Shown: positions 37,792-50,849, counted from the first letter of the stretch. The stretch: DNA of 64,000 nt from Octopus sinensis (GCF_006345805.1 NC_042999.1:13950001-14014000), one strand, 5' to 3'. Numbers and translations: made by a program. Notes: generated by a model not told the origin, from the sequence alone.

Positions 37792-37823
<32 letters not shown>

Positions 37824-37937
37824 CTCTTGCGTGTATATATATGTATATATATTTATATTATATATATATGTGTGTACACAAACACACACATATATATATC
37901 CATGTATGTGTATAAATATATATGTATATATATATAA

Positions 37938-38310
37938 GATTGTCTCAATGCAACATGTCAGCTACTGGGAGAGACTAAAAGAGTTAAGACTCCACTCCTA
38001 GAACAAAGGTGGGAAACACAGGTAGTGATATACATCTGACAAAATTCCAGAACTTGTACCTAACGTTGGCATTGCATGTTACTCAAACAGCAGAACATGG
38101 TACCACTGCATAATACTAAAACTCCCAATACTGTCATCAGGATTCAAGGGCCCACATCTCTTCAAAATCCTCCCACAAAGTCTGAGGGACCTTCATGGAG
38201 TCGATGTCTTCAAAACAAAACTAGATCTCTTCCTGTCAAGAGTTCCATATGAACCTACTTAGTGACAAGAAACACAGATGAGGGCAGCAAAATCAATGCC
38301 AGTTATTCTG
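37938..38310 (+). mobile_element. CR1-like LINE 3' remnant
   Basis: MQHVSYWERLKELRLHSLEQRWE matches the (S)YEERL..L.LYSLE.RR motif. Confidence 0.6.
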
Positions 38311-38420
38311 GGTGAGGGGTTAAGTCAGGTGGTATTTATTTTATCAACTCTGAAAGGATGAAAAACAAAGTCGACCTGGTGGAATTTGAACTCAGAACAT
38401 AAAGGCAGATAAAATGCTGC

Positions 38421-38817
38421 TGAGTGGCTGTGTGGTAAGTAGCTTGCTTACAAACCACATGGTTCCGGGTTCAGTCCCACTGCATGGCACCTTGGGAAAG
38501 TGTCTTCTACTATAGCCTCAGGCTGACCAAAGCCTTGTGAGATGATTTGGCAGACGGAAACTGAAAGAAGCCCGTCGTATATATATATATGTATATATAT
38601 ATGTGTGTGTGTGTTTGTGTGTCTGTGTTTGTCTCCCCCAACATAGCTTGACAACCGATGCTGGTGTGTTTACATCCCCGTAACTTAGCAGTTCGGCAAA
38701 AGAGACCTATAGGATAAGTACTGGGCTTACAAAGAATAAGTCCTGGGTTTGAATTGCTCAACTAAAGGCAGTGCTCCAGCATGGCCACAGTCAAATGACT
38801 GCAACAAGTAAAAGAGA
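38421..38817 (+). mobile_element. SINE-A, full length (preceded by a minus-strand SINE-B fragment at about 38320-38420)
   Basis: Colinear with the consensus. Confidence 0.9.
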
Positions 38818-39002
38818 GAATGTGCATTGGGTGTCCCCGAAATACTCACCTCATTTTAAACCTCCCTATAAGTTTGTGAAGTTTTTACAATCTATATGAT
38901 TTGGCATTTTGAAAACATCTTAAGACAGACATGAAACTTAAGAAAGTATCTGTAATAAGCTTAATATAATTTATACAAGTTCACAGTTCTTAATGCAATC
39001 TC

Positions 39003-39400
39003 TTTACTCTTTTTCTCTTTTACTTGTTTCAATCATTTGACTGCGGCCATGCTGGAGCACTGCCTTTAGTCGAGCAAATCGACCCCGGGACTTATTCTTT
39101 GTAAGCCCAGTACTTATTCTATCGGTCTCTTTTGCCGAACCGCTAGGTGATGGGGACGTAAACACACCAGCATTGGTTGTCAAGCGATGTTGGGGGGACA
39201 AACATACAAACACACACACAAATATATATATATATATATACATATATACGACAGGCTTCTTTCAGTTTCCGTCTACCAAATCCACTCACAAGGCATTGGT
39301 TGGCCCGGGGCTATAGCAGAAGACACTTGCCCAAGATGCCACGCAGTGGGACTGAACCCGGAACCATGTGGTTGGTTAGCAAGCTACTTACCACACTCCT
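39003..39400 (-). mobile_element. SINE-A, full length
   Basis: Reverse complement of 38421-38817. Confidence 0.92.
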
Positions 39401-40226
39401 GCATATATTTTTTTTTGAGAACATTAGAAGGGCGTTTGGGTGATTGTTTACAACTTGTCAGACAACTTCGGTAAATGATTCGGTAAATTTTTTTAAGTAT
39501 TCTTGAACAGGAACTCATCTAAAAGGAATATTAGAATGATTAAAGACAGAAGCCATTGTAATCACTGCTGAGGAGAAAAAAAATAAATAAAGAGAGAGCC
39601 ACAGCCACCATTGCTTTGCAGTGCTTGGTTATAGTTTCTGATGGTGTGTAGGCTTATCACGAGTAAAAAATTTGTATCATTTATTTATTTTTATATCATC
39701 TAATTTATTTGACAATTCTATTCTATACCGGGGCTTATCTGCATATTTGTAAAAAATTTCAGTAGCAGTTCTGAACTGAAGCACTTTTAGATCGTGGATA
39801 AAAAGATAAACAAAAATAAATGGAAGCCAAACCTCTCCTGGTGCTGTTTTTGTGAAGGATGAGAAAGTTTAAGAAAAAGTCACTAAGTTTACATAAATCG
39901 GACATGTGTTTTGGCAAGTTGTTCAGAAATAGGCATCAGGCTCAAAATAAACATGAGATGATAAAAGGATTTAGAAAAAATCTACAGGAAGCTGCTCTGT
40001 ATGATGATAAGTGGTTTCTTTCTTCTGTTTAGGGTGTGGTAGAGCGTGGCCTGAATCACATCAGAAGACACATTTAGTAGCGAACACAAGTCACATAAGA
40101 AGTAACTGAAAGTCTTTGAGTGTTGACATTTGACAGTTACCATGTGTGTATGTCTGTGTGTGTGTGTATATATATATATATACATATACACTCACATATA
40201 CATACATGTATATTTATGTATGTGTG

Positions 40227-40270
<44 letters not shown>

Positions 40271-40599
40271 TACATACATACATATATATACACACACACA
40301 CATATATATGTGAACTTTAGGTTAGTTAAAATATGTTTGTGACATATTTCAATTTCTAAAGACAAATTCACTGCAATTACAATGAAGAAAAGATTCCTTC
40401 TTATGATAAAAGGTGTAAAAACAACACACACACAAACACAAATATGCACACATGTACACACACACACGCACACACACACGCACACACACGCACATATATA
40501 TATATAAATGATTTAAATGGGAAAAGGAGAAGTCAAATTGTTTATGTACGATTGTTTCTGTAAACGGACTATATTTTAATTTCATATTTCATACAATGT

Positions 40600-41395
40600 T
40601 ATGAAATACATACTGTAATATATAGAAATATGTGATAATAATCCAATCCTGTAGTCCATCCACTTCCTCAGATGTCACAATTTGAAGACAGGATCAGCCA
40701 GTCGACTGTTTAGGATGGGTTCATTTGGGCATATTACAATATGTAAGTCGACCAAACACAAAGCTTTCATCTGATATCTCCTGTGAGTTTTGAGATAATT
40801 AATTGATGCAAAATGGAACTTCTATCGAAATGTTAAATGTCTTTAACAGGGGCTTGGTGAAAGGGAAAAAGCTCAACCACAACTGAGAAGGGAACTTCAT
40901 GGGAAAAAGGTTCTTCTCTCTATTTGGTGGGATTGCAAAGGGGTAATTCACTTTGAATTGTTATCACCTAATACAGCAATCAATGCTGAAGTCTATTGTC
41001 AGCAATTATAGCATTTGAACCAAGCTTTGAAGAAAAAAGAAAGACCCACTTTAGTGAATTGAAAAGGAGTGATGTTTCATCCGGACAATGCGCGACCCCA
41101 CACTGCAAAGATCACATCACAGAAGATCGAAGAGCTTGGTTAGGAAAAAATTCCTCATCCACCTTATTCTCCCAACCTTGCTCCTTCAGACTACCATTTG
41201 CTTCGTAGTTTACAGAATCGTTTGGGGGACATAACTTTCGCACGTCAAGAGGAGGTCGAAACTGACATTTCAGAGTTCTTCGCTTTGAAACCAAAAGAGT
41301 TTTACATTGATGGGATTAAAAAGCTTGTAAATAGATGGAAGGAAATCATAGATAATCAGCGAAAGTACATTGATGATTAAATTTCAATTAAATAT
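40600..41395 (+). pseudogene. Mariner (DD34D) transposase remnant
   Basis: IWWDCKGVIHFELL...FHPDNARPHTA...HPPYSPNLAPSDYHL...GIKKLVNRWKEIIDNQRKYIDD*; in-frame stops. Confidence 0.92.
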
Positions 41396-41571
41396 AACAT
41401 TTGATCGCTTTGTTGTGTTTGGGGAGAGTCATTTTTTTTTGTACCATACAATTTAACACACTCACCGGTAAAATGTCCACTTATTTCTTATTTCTATATA
41501 TATATATAGCACAGCATTTGTTCCCTGCACCATCGTTTGACAATTGATGCTGGTGTGTTTATGTCAATGTA

Positions 41572-41878
41572 ACTGCCTGCTTGTGAAATTAAAGTGCAAG
41601 TGGCTGAGCACTCCACAGACACATGTACCCTTAATGTAGTTCTTGGGGAGATTCAGCTGGCCCTTTGAAATACAGGTACAACAGAAACAGGAAGAAAGAG
41701 TGAGAGAAAGTTGTGGTGAAAGAGTACAGCAGAGTTCGCCACCACCCCCTGCCGGAGTCTCATGGAACTTTCAGGTGTTTTTGCTCAATAAACACTCACA
41801 ATGCCCAATCTGGGAATTGAAACGGTGATCCTACAACCATGAGTCCACTGCCCTAACCACTGGACCATTGCACCTCCA
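41572..41878 (-). mobile_element. tRNA-derived SINE-D
   Basis: Minus strand tggaggtgcaaTGGTCCAGTGGttaggg...GTTTCAATTCCc (A and B boxes). Confidence 0.75.
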
Positions 41879-41926
41879 CACACACACGCATATATGTATA
41901 TATGTATATATATATGTATATGTATG

Positions 41927-41959
<33 letters not shown>

Positions 41960-41974
41960 ATATATATATATGAG

Positions 41975-42340
41975 AATTTTTTGTGTAATAAGATAAAAAA
42001 TCAAGGCTGTATAGATATTAGAGCATTTATAGATAGAAGGTCTTACAGCTGTTTCTAGGATATTGATTAATAATATCCCTTCATCGGAGATGGTGTGAGA
42101 AGAAAGTTAAGTCATAGTTAGTTTCGATGTGATACAAAATAGAGAGTGAGGTGGAGGAAAGAAAATAGATGCAAGATATGTAGGGTATTGAAGTTGTAAA
42201 TCCATTTTATAGGCATAATGGTATATATGCAATATTCCATGGACAGTTTGAGAAAAGCTTGCCAGCCAAAACTTTGAAGTCGCCATGACCTGTCTTCTTA
42301 TAAGAGTTTTATAAGCATGTATTATATAATCAACAATGTT
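41975..42340 (-). mobile_element. Penelope-like 3' remnant with hammerhead-like motif at 42041-42090
   Basis: Weak GIY-YIG-end-like frame (TGHGDFKV) followed by CCGATGA-stem-GAAA-palindrome. Confidence 0.5.
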
Positions 42341-42419
42341 TATCTACAATTGCCAAGAGTAAAAGCAGAGAATTCACCAAAATAATTTCAGTCATGGAAT
42401 TAGAATGACAAAAGCGAGA

Positions 42420-42857
42420 TTTCTTTGTAAAAGAAATCCCGCTTTTGGGAATTTTAACCATTAGAAAAAGACAATGAAGATGTCCTCTCTGCCATTATAA
42501 AGACATTATAAAATCAGACTCCAGTATGGCGGTGTTTGAGACAAAAACGTGGGAGGTTGAAGATAGAACTGATCAAATTAGTATCAGTCTAACTCTACTA
42601 GGACTCTGTAAACCAAATCCAAAAACGAAATCTACTGGAACTGACTTCCTTGAAGTTAAAAGGAAAAAGAAAATTCAAAGAATGTAAAGAACACAAGCTA
42701 CAAGAACAAGCACAGCATCTACCAACTCTTTGTTGCTATCTTTGTTCTTGCTTGTTTTATGTGAGGATTGGCCTTTCCATCTTCAATACTATTAGCATGA
42801 AGGAACCACTAAATCAAGAGGAAATTGAAATTCTCTGACACAAGAAATAGCTGACAA

Positions 42858-42860
<3 letters not shown>
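42420..42860 (+). pseudogene. Highly decayed RTE-BovB-like C-terminal remnant
   Basis: Fragments resembling YKDIIK, WEVEDRT, KRKFK and CYLCSCLFYVRIGLS. Confidence 0.35.
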
Positions 42861-42888
<28 letters not shown>

Positions 42889-42893
<5 letters not shown>

Positions 42894-43192
42894 GGGAAAC
42901 CACTATGTGGACACCCTTATGCTAGAAATAGATCCGCTATGGTCTTACCACTAAGAAATGTTCTCAAGAAAAATTTAGCAAAACAACTTACATTTATGTA
43001 AGTAAAATTATGTAATATGTTAATAGTGAAACATATATGCGAATAATCCATATTTTTATTGCTTTTTCTTTTGTCTTGCTCAATTACGTTTTGGTTGTTT
43101 TGCTAAATTTTTCTTGAGAACATTTCTTAGTGGTAAGACCATAGTGAATCTATTTCTAGCATAAGGGTGTCCACATAGTGGTTTCCCTCTAA
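42889..43192. mobile_element. Fold-back: 99-bp arms (2 mismatches), spacer is the element's own continuation
   Basis: 42889-42987 vs 43094-43192; the whole of 42990-43192 matches 35089-35291 inverted. Confidence 0.9.
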
Positions 43193-43311
43193 TATGTATA
43201 TAATACAATTTTACTGAACCTTCAGTTATTTTTATATGCTAGACCACTGGTGTGAAATCGATGTTAATTAAATCAATATTTAATTTCTCACCCTCATTTT
43301 AAATTTAAATT

Positions 43312-43342
<31 letters not shown>

Positions 43343-43489
43343 GTGTGGCTATTACTCTGAAGAAATTTTAAGAATAATAATGGAATACTTACGTTTCACC
43401 TTATGGTTTATTTAATGTGGTTGATTGAATGTCAAGTCTTAGTTTATATGAATTGTGTGTTTATATATACAAATGCATACATATATGTA

Positions 43490-43553
<64 letters not shown>

Positions 43554-43589
43554 CATCCTCCTCTTCCTCCTTCTCCTCCTCCTCCTCCT

Positions 43590-44070
43590 CCTCATCATCA
43601 TCATCATCAACAGCAGCAGCATCACCAAATCACTTAACGTCCATTTTCCATGCTGGCATGGGTCGGACAATTTGACAGGAGCTGATGAGGCCAGGAGCCA
43701 CACCAGGTTACATTGTTTGTTTTGACACGGTTTTCTCTTAATGCTAACCATTTTACAGAGTGTGTTGGGTGCTTTCTTTTTTTAAAGCCTTGTACTTACT
43801 CTATTGGTCTCTTTTCCTAACCTCTAAATTATGGGGATATAAACAAACCAACACTTGGTGTCAGGCAGTGGTAGGGGACAAACACAGGCACACATTCACA
43901 CACACACACATTATATGATGGGCTTCTTTCAGTTTCCATCCACCAAATCCACTCATAAGGCTTTGGTCAGCCTGAAGTTATAGTAGAAGACACTTGTCCA
44001 AGTGAAGATTGAACTCAGAGCCATGGGGTTGAGAAACAATCTTCTTAACACACAGCCATGCCTGCACCTA
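43590..44070 (-). mobile_element. Degenerate RTE 3' end (43590-43780) plus SINE-A (43780-44070)
   Basis: tttccatgctggcatggg; gggcttctttcagtttccatccaccaaatccactc. Confidence 0.7.
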
Positions 44071-45505
44071 TGTATATTTATGTATACTGCTGTTGAAGGT
44101 ATGCTATGTTGAATGAGGATGTGGTCAACCAGTTTGGGTACTGCACAGAGTGGTCAAAAGCCTTGCTATGACGAGATAAGAAGGGACAACACCCATAACA
44201 GTTTTGCAAGGCTCCCATGTCTGGTTGGGAGAAAGATTATATCACGAATAAGTTATTCTCAGATGAGATAACTAGTCAGAATGGAATTCATTGCAGGCAA
44301 CCAATATCCAGTCAATGGGTCACATCTGGAATAATGTAAAAAAACAAAGTCAAGAGGCCACAATAAAGGTGTTTACATTGCATCTGATGGATTCCGAAAA
44401 ACATTAATGCAATTTAAGAGAAAAATCTGTGCAAAAGTATAACAAAAATTTTTTTAAAAACCCTGTTTTGTTGTTGAAGAAATCACATGATCACATAATG
44501 TTAGTGTTGTTAAAAGGGGAAAAAAAAAGGTACAAAGGTACACAGAGAGGAGAAAGAGAATATTTAAGTATCCAAAATGCATATTCCTTCAATCATTATG
44601 CCAGCAAATGGATAGGTACCAATCAGGCACGTGCTGTGAATAAATAGTCAGGGAAGGCAGAAGGCACTTATAAACTAACTTGTCAACAATAGATCTTATC
44701 ATTACGAGAAAATGTGCAGCTGATTTTTTCTGGAGTTTACTTGGAGCATTAAGCAAATTATTTAAACTACAAAGCCTGTTTGTACTCACACACATTCATT
44801 AAACTCAGAAAAATGATAATAAGCATGCTGGGAAAACCAAACAGTCAAATTTTTATAATTGTTTTGCAAAGAGAAACAACCACAAAACTGTTGTTTTTTT
44901 GTTGAACTTCTTGATTTGTTTTTTTTTCTTAAATTCTTTTTGCACTTTAACACAGTTCGCGCTATTTACGTTCAGGTGTTGTTTTACCATTTTTAATCAC
45001 AGTCAGCTATTTCTCTTCCATAAAATATTTTGGTAAAGTTCTTCTACGACTTACTTTTCTGTATATATTTGAAAAGAGTTAAAATTAGAAAGAGAATATG
45101 TCTCTAAAATGTTGGTTCAGTCCCTTAAGGCTAACTCTATATCTGGCTGGCCTTAACTATTTTCCGTGTTTAAATTATCAAACAATGAAAATACTCAATA
45201 ACTTAAGTGGTTCCTGGCAGCTGTCTTCATTTTCCATCCTTTAAAGAAAACCAATAATGATCCTGAATTCATGTTTTATATTCTACTTGAATCAGTCATT
45301 AGATTGCGACCATGCTGGAGCACTGCCTTGAAAAAAAACTTAGTTAAACAAATTGACACAAGTACTTGTTATTTTTATATATAAAACCTGTTGTTTTCTC
45401 TATCAGTCTCTTTTGCCAAACTGTTAAGTTATAGGGACATAAACACACCAACATTGGTTGTCAAGTGGTGGTGGGGGACACACATAAATAGATATAAATG
45501 TATAC

Positions 45506-45538
<33 letters not shown>

Positions 45539-45640
45539 ATATATGCACAGATATAAATACACACACAAACAGCACACACATACACACACATATATTTGTG
45601 TATATGTGTGTGTGTATCTATCTATCTATCTATATATATA

Positions 45641-45881
45641 TATATAAGAAAAAGGGACAAGCAACAGGTTGCTTGACCGCATACCGAAAAAATAGAAATA
45701 GCAGTCAAGAATGCTTATTTCTATCAAAGTGGGACTCCGGGACTTCCGTTTTGCATATGTGAATTACAGGGTTTGTCGTGCCCGGAGTCCCACTTTGATA
45801 GAAATAAGCATTCTTGACTGCTATTTCTATTTTTTCGGTATGCGGTCAAGCAACCTGTTGCTTGTCCCTTTTTCTTATATA
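45641..45881. mobile_element. Perfect fold-back element: 101-bp identical inverted arms, 39-bp spacer, TA ends
   Basis: 45641-45741 is the exact reverse complement of 45781-45881. Confidence 0.92.
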
Positions 45882-46039
45882 CAATATATATACTGAACTT
45901 TACAGAAGTTCCTGCCGGTAATCGGCTATATTTACATACCGAATTCTACCAGTAAATAATTGTGGTTTTTTTTAAAAACCTTTATAGAAATTATTTACTC
46001 TTATTATTACATTATATATATATATATATATTTATATAA

Positions 46040-46617
46040 TGATGATGATGGCCATCCACTTGTGACTGAGGAAGATCGTTGCTGACCTTTAGGGACATTG
46101 TGCGTTCTAGGACTAACTTCTATTTTGCATTTGAGGCTCCATTGGTGGCTAATGATCTCTGCTCTTGACAAGTGTACATGACTACAAATATTGCAAACCA
46201 AGCTTTCTCTATTCACCACACTAGCAGTGTGCTTTTGAGCAGCATACTTCAATTCTTCATCCTGCTATCCTTCATTCAATAAGGTGTCCAGTCCAATATG
46301 ACCAGTGCTTGTGCACTGTTGCATCAGTACTCAAGATATCAGCTTTCCTCAGGACCTGTGTGTCTGGAGATTTTAAGGTCAAGCTAACATTCGGAATGTG
46401 CCACAGATGTCTCTGATGAAGCGTTCAAGGACCTTTACATGATATTTGTTAAGAGTCAATGTCTCACATGAGTAAAGGAGCGATGTCAGTACACACACAT
46501 AGTACACAGTAACTTTTGTTTGCCTTGTGATGCCATGCTGGGACCAGACATGAGACTCAGGAGACCAGAAGAAATCAGTTACTCTCTGCAGCCTGAAAGA
46601 TATTTCATCATCCATCC
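46040..46617 (-). mobile_element. RTE-BovB-like LINE 3' fragment, internally deleted, (CAT)n tail
   Basis: [10 protein letters not shown]...[13 protein letters not shown]...[14 protein letters not shown]...LERFH; C-terminal CNICSHVHLSRAEIISHQ. Confidence 0.85.
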
Positions 46618-46668
<51 letters not shown>

Positions 46669-46771
46669 ATATATATGCACAGATATAATACACACACAAA
46701 CAGCACACACATACACACACATATATTTGTGTATATGTGTGTGTGTATCTATCTATCTATCTATATATATA

Positions 46772-47012
46772 TATATAAGAAAAAGGGACAAGCAACAGGT
46801 TGCTTGACCGCATACCGAAAAAATAGAAATAGCAGTCAAGAATGCTTATTTCTATCAAAGTGGGACTCCGGGACTTCCGTTTTGCATATGTGAATTACAG
46901 GGTTTGTCGTGCCCGGAGTCCCACTTTGATAGAAATAAGCATTCTTGACTGCTATTTCTATTTTTTCGGTATGCGGTCAAGCAACCTGTTGCTTGTCCCT
47001 TTTTCTTATATA
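46772..47012. mobile_element. Duplicated copy of the 101-bp-arm fold-back
   Basis: Identical to 45641-45881. Confidence 0.92.
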
Positions 47013-47169
47013 CAATATATATACTGAACTTTACAGAAGTTCCTGCCGGTAATCGGCTATATTTACATACCGAATTCTACCAGTAAATAATTGTGGTTTT
47101 TTTAAAAACCTTTATAGAAATTATTTACTCTTATTATTACATTATATATATATATATATATTATATAAT

Positions 47170-47748
47170 GATGATGATGGCCATCCACTTGTGACTGAGG
47201 AAGATCGTTGCTGACCTTTAGGGACATTGTGCGTTCTAGGACTAACTTCTATTTTGCATTTGAGGCTCCATTGGTGGCTAATGATCTCTGCTCTTGACAA
47301 GTGTACATGACTACAAATATTGCAAACCAAGCTTTCTCTATTCACCACACTAGCAGTGTGCTTTTGAGCAGCGTACTTCAATTCTTCATCCTGCTATCCT
47401 TCATTCAAATAAGGTGTCCAGTCCAATATGACCAGTGCTTGTGCACTGTTGCATCAGTACTCAAGATATCAGCTTTCCTCAGGACCTGTGTGTCTGGAGA
47501 TTTTAAGGTCAAGCTAACATTCGGAATGTGCCACAGATGTCTCTGATGAAAGCGTTCAAGGACCTTTACATGATATTTGTTAAGAGTCAATGTCTCACAT
47601 GAGTAAAGGAGCGATGTCAGTACACACACATAGTACACAGTAACTTTTGTTTGCCTTGTGATGCCATGCTGGGACCAGACATGAGACTCAGGAGACCAGA
47701 AGAAATCAGTTACTCTCTGCAGCCTGAAAGATATTTCATCATCCATCC
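47170..47748 (-). mobile_element. Duplicated RTE-BovB-like fragment
   Basis: ORF 47405-47746; copy of 46040-46617. Confidence 0.85.
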
Positions 47749-47781
47749 ATATGTATATATATATATATATAATATATATAT

Positions 47782-47816
<35 letters not shown>

Positions 47817-47829
47817 TTTGCCTTTCACT

Positions 47830-48209
47830 TAAGAGACACCCTTAATTAAATTAAACAACACATGGATTTAATCCCATGGATCTCAATACTTCAAGGTAAT
47901 TTTTTCGTTAACTATCATTAAATTCAAGATACACAAAGACTTTACAATGTATCGGAGTACCTATTTTTTAATTTTTGTATATATTTATTATTATTTTTTT
48001 GCAAAAAACAATGTAATTTTCTTTTTTCCCCCTCCTCAAATTAAAAATAAAAATTTTCTTTACAATTCTTGAAAAGTCACATTATGACGAAAACCGGTTT
48101 GAATTAATACATATATATTTTATCAATTTTTCAAAATTTTCCATACACCCATTTTCATTAAAATTTTCTTTCAATTTAGCATTCTGCCTTTTTACAATTT
48201 TTCCTTGCC

Positions 48210-48242
<33 letters not shown>

Positions 48243-48805
48243 TATATATAGATATATATATATATAAATAAGGATAAGATCGATCTTATCAAGTGGCCAG
48301 CATGGGAATAAAAACCTTTCAATGGTAATAATTATTTAAAATTATAATTTAGGGTATGAGAGATACCACCATGCTGAAAATAGCAGTCAAAACCTGACTC
48401 TAAAGCCACATTAAATGTTTATATAGCACTAGGAGAGAAGACAGAGAGACAAAATAAACTAGCAAAAAAATTACTGGATTTCTGGATTTGCATAAGAAAT
48501 GTTCTGCCTTCGTCAGGGAATATACTCAGATAGCAACATAAATACACATATATTTATATACATATAGCATACGAATACATATATATGCACGTATGCACAC
48601 GACCAGTTTAAATTGCCCGCCTTAAAGCTCCTCATGTGATATGGTCAGGAATAAACACCGCAGTGAATATAATGACGAAATATATATATTTATATAAATA
48701 AGGATAAGACTAATATTTAAATATCGATCTTATCAAGTGGCCAGCATGGGAATAGAAAACCTTTCAAAGGTAATAATTATTTAAAATTATAATTTAGGGT
48801 ATATA
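47830..48805. mobile_element. Cluster of Penelope-like terminal fragments; ~95-bp direct repeat (48271-48360, 48701-48801)
   Basis: atcgatcttatcaagtggccagcatgggaa...aattataatttagggtat twice; related copy at 54605-54728; hammerhead-like motif at 48064-48105. Confidence 0.55.
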
Positions 48806-49082
48806 AGAAGGAGGATGGAGAGGGGAGGAGAAGAGGAAGGAGTAGTAGCAAAAGACATATTTATACACACACACTCACACACGCACATACAATAACTATA
48901 ATAATATATAATAATAATAATAATATATATTCTCTTGAACAAGGGTTGTTTAAGGATATTGAACGAAACACTCATGTTTATATATAAAAACATATTGACT
49001 GAAAAATGATGAGATAACTCTAGCCAAAATCGAACCCACATATCAACGCTTACAAAGCCTTCTGGTTTGTTCATAAATATTA

Positions 49083-49126
<44 letters not shown>

Positions 49127-49158
49127 TATATACATACATACATATATATATATATATA

Positions 49159-49191
<33 letters not shown>

Positions 49192-49263
49192 CACACATAT
49201 ATATATATACATATACATACATACATACATACATATATATATATATCTTTATTTATACATACA

Positions 49264-49313
<50 letters not shown>

Positions 49314-49614
49314 CATACATACATATATATATATATATATCTTTATTTATACATATATATATATATATATATATTCATACATACATAAAAACATGCATAC
49401 ATATACATGCTGTTTGCACTATTCATATTCTACATCCTTAAATCTGATTTCAGCATGAACCGACAAAATAATTTCAACCCCCATTGACGTCAGTACAGAG
49501 GTCGACTTTACAGTTTAGAATTACAAGTGTTTTGTCTGTGAGATGTGTTTGTTTGTATGAATGTATGTTTGCATGTTAGCATTACACACACAGACACATG
49601 CATATATATACATG

Positions 49615-49648
<34 letters not shown>

Positions 49649-49666
49649 CATGCATATATATACATG

Positions 49667-49703
<37 letters not shown>

Positions 49704-49836
49704 TTATGAATGTCTCCCTATGCATGTATGCATGTTTGTATGTATGCTTATGTATGTGTGTGTGTTTGTATGAATGTTTGTGCATATATGGGGGTATGTA
49801 TGAATGTGTGCATGAGTGTATGCATGTATGTATGTG

Positions 49837-50345
49837 TAGGAGGTCTGATCAATAAGTATCCGGATTGTTGTTATAGTAACAAACCTAAAGCACACAGAGT
49901 GAAGTTGCTTAGCCAAAATTGAACTTGAACTCTGCGGTACATGTGCACTAAGTTTTAAGATTCTAGCTCACTTCTGCTGTTTAAAGCAGTGCTTGGAAGG
50001 AAGGTGTGTAGCATGTGATCATCACATTGACCATGATAGAGAAAGTTGTCATGGTGATACCTGCTCAGCTGCAAAGTTGCAGAAAGTGTATTCAGAAGAG
50101 CTGCACACAAGTGTACGAGTGGTTCAGAGCTTTCCAAGATATGGCCAAATAAATGTCGATCTTGATGAACATTCTGGAAAATCCACCAGCAGCCGAACAG
50201 AGAAAAACATATGTGAATCTACATACATGTGTATATGCATTTATTATAATGGGCTAAATTTCCAGAATGTTTTTTTTTTCTATTTTGATTGTGCCTTTGA
50301 CAGCTTTTAGCTGTGATCTGATTAGATGTAATTTATTCAGGCTGT
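49837..50345 (+). mobile_element. Mariner 5' fragment (TIR plus HTH remnant)
   Basis: taggaggtctgatcaataagtatccgga terminus; KLQKVYSEE...YEWFRAFQDG...DEHSGKSTSSRTEKNI across frames. Confidence 0.65.
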
Positions 50346-50399
50346 ATGGAACCAAGCTTCTCAAGATTGGTAGTGAAGGCAGTTAGTCCCATAGCCAAG

Positions 50400-50723
50400 T
50401 TGTCGTCATCCTCTTCTACCTCCTCCTCGTCCTCCTCTACCTCCTCCTCTTCCTCCTCTACCTTCTCCTCACCCTCCTCCTCTACCACCACCACTATCCC
50501 TTCCTCCTCCTCTTCCACCTCCACTTCTTCTCCTTCCCTCCCCCTCCCCTTCACCACCACTACCACCACCTCCACCTCAACCCCTCTTCTTCTTCCTCCT
50601 CCTCTGTCTCCTTCTCCCCTCCTTATTCTCCTCCTCCTCCATCACCACTGCCACCACCACCAATGCTGCGGCAGTCACCACCTCCTGCTGCTGCTACTAC
50701 TGCTGCTTCTGCTGCTGCTGCTG

Positions 50724-50771
<48 letters not shown>

Positions 50772-50802
50772 TTACTACTACTACTACTACTACTACTACT
50801 AT

Positions 50803-50849
<47 letters not shown>

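Larger units (their letters stand above)
45500..47770. repeat. Near-perfect 1131-bp tandem duplication bounded by (TA)n
   Basis: Identical pseudo-ORFs at 45711 and 46842; copies differ by a few single-base indels and substitutions. Confidence 0.95.

Noticed and set aside
40033-40101. Candidate 69-nt exon (GCGRAWPESHQKTHLVANTSHIR)
   Set aside because: Good acceptor but weak donor, unrecognised peptide, and phase incompatible with directly following the 26.6 kb candidate.
48470-48520. Minus-strand CTGACGA...GAAA hammerhead
   Set aside because: Canonical first core, but stems I and III cannot be formed and stem II is disrupted.
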